NCBI GenBank assembly: GCA_965237955.1
Contig: OZ250169.1
Location: 6,368,001 to 6,432,000, forward strand
DNA from: Candidatus Marinacidobacterales bacterium
GTDB lineage: Bacteria > Acidobacteriota > Vicinamibacteria > Marinacidobacterales > SMYC01
DNA length: 64,000 nucleotides
Direction: 5' to 3'
Shown: positions 63,391 to 64,000 of the stretch, one piece after another
Position numbering within the stretch: position 1 is the first letter of the stretch
Layout: the number at the start of each line of letters is the position of its first letter
Notes under the pieces: generated by a model
Told to the model about the DNA's origin: nothing
Seen by the model: only the letters and a program-made list of their open reading frames with translations
Database searches by the model: none
Made by a program: the position numbers and the translations under genes

Positions 63391-63878
63391 TTGCGACTCC
63401 TTTCGTTTATCTTCTGGAATTAGGCTGGCCTGATCGCGACTTCCGGCGCCGTCGTCGGGATCGGCTGCACTCCGTCGTTGGCGTCGCCGATCCGGGTGTT
63501 CACAGTGAGTCCTTTAGTGTCCGTCTTATTGCTCTACAGACAGAGACGACAAAAAGTGGAGAACAAACCGCGGCTCGGCCACATATCAGAAACAAGCAGT
63601 GCGTGACTTTATTGGGCGGGCGCCTCGGTTCCGAGCGTGACCGGAATGGTCCGGATAATGGCCCCGGGGAAAGCTCTTATCAGGCAGGCACAGGCTTCGG
63701 GGAACGCGGTAACAGATATTTGATAGCCAACGTCAGGACGATTGCCGCCAGCAGTAGCATGAGCAGGAGCCACAATTCCCTTGGAACGACGGGCTCGTAT
63801 CGCTGCTGGACCAGGATGACGAACTCCGAACCGGCGACCGGGGCGAAACTCGCAACCCAACGGCCGTCGTTTTCTTGT

Positions 63879-64000
63879 TGAACCGCCCCGGGTTTTCCGG
63901 AGACTCCAACTCTTGAGAGGATGGAGTCATGGCAAGACGAAGCAGGTATTCACCGGAGTTGAAAGAGCGAGCAGTGCGGATGGTTTTCGACCAGCAGGCT
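63879..64000 (+). mobile_element. IS3-family (IS51 group) left end, truncated by window
   Basis: TGAACCGCCCCGGGTTTTCCGGAGACTCC; OrfA starts at 63929 (MARRSRYSPELKERAVRMV). Confidence 0.92.

Overview
A GC-rich bacterial accessory region (gene content such as VPS10/BNR hydrolases, S9 peptidases and a DUF5916-type protein resembles Acidobacteriota; this is inference). It is crowded with insertion sequences: IS21, ISAzo13, two ISL3, two IS256, three IS3, four IS5, an IS1-like element plus its MITE, IS91-like remnants, IS110, a Tn3-derived MITE and integrase-core remnants, many nested or frameshifted. Two structures are not visible in the ORF track. (1) An integron-type cassette array (five attC sites on + at 11.9-19.4 kb, one full attC on - and two half-sites at 22-25.7 kb) with no IntI in the window. 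(2) An IS110 element (58275-59922) whose upstream non-coding end holds a two-loop bridge-RNA candidate. Its guides match the insertion site and element ends, and its donor guides only fit if the circle junction folds as a single-stranded hairpin with a bubble. The ISL3 elements also carry a 420 bp structured leader with DnaA-box-like motifs. Cargo includes two toxin-antitoxin pairs, peptidases, glycoside hydrolases, transporters and many gene fragments. No rRNA, tRNA or CRISPR array was seen. Some frameshifts may be sequencing errors.
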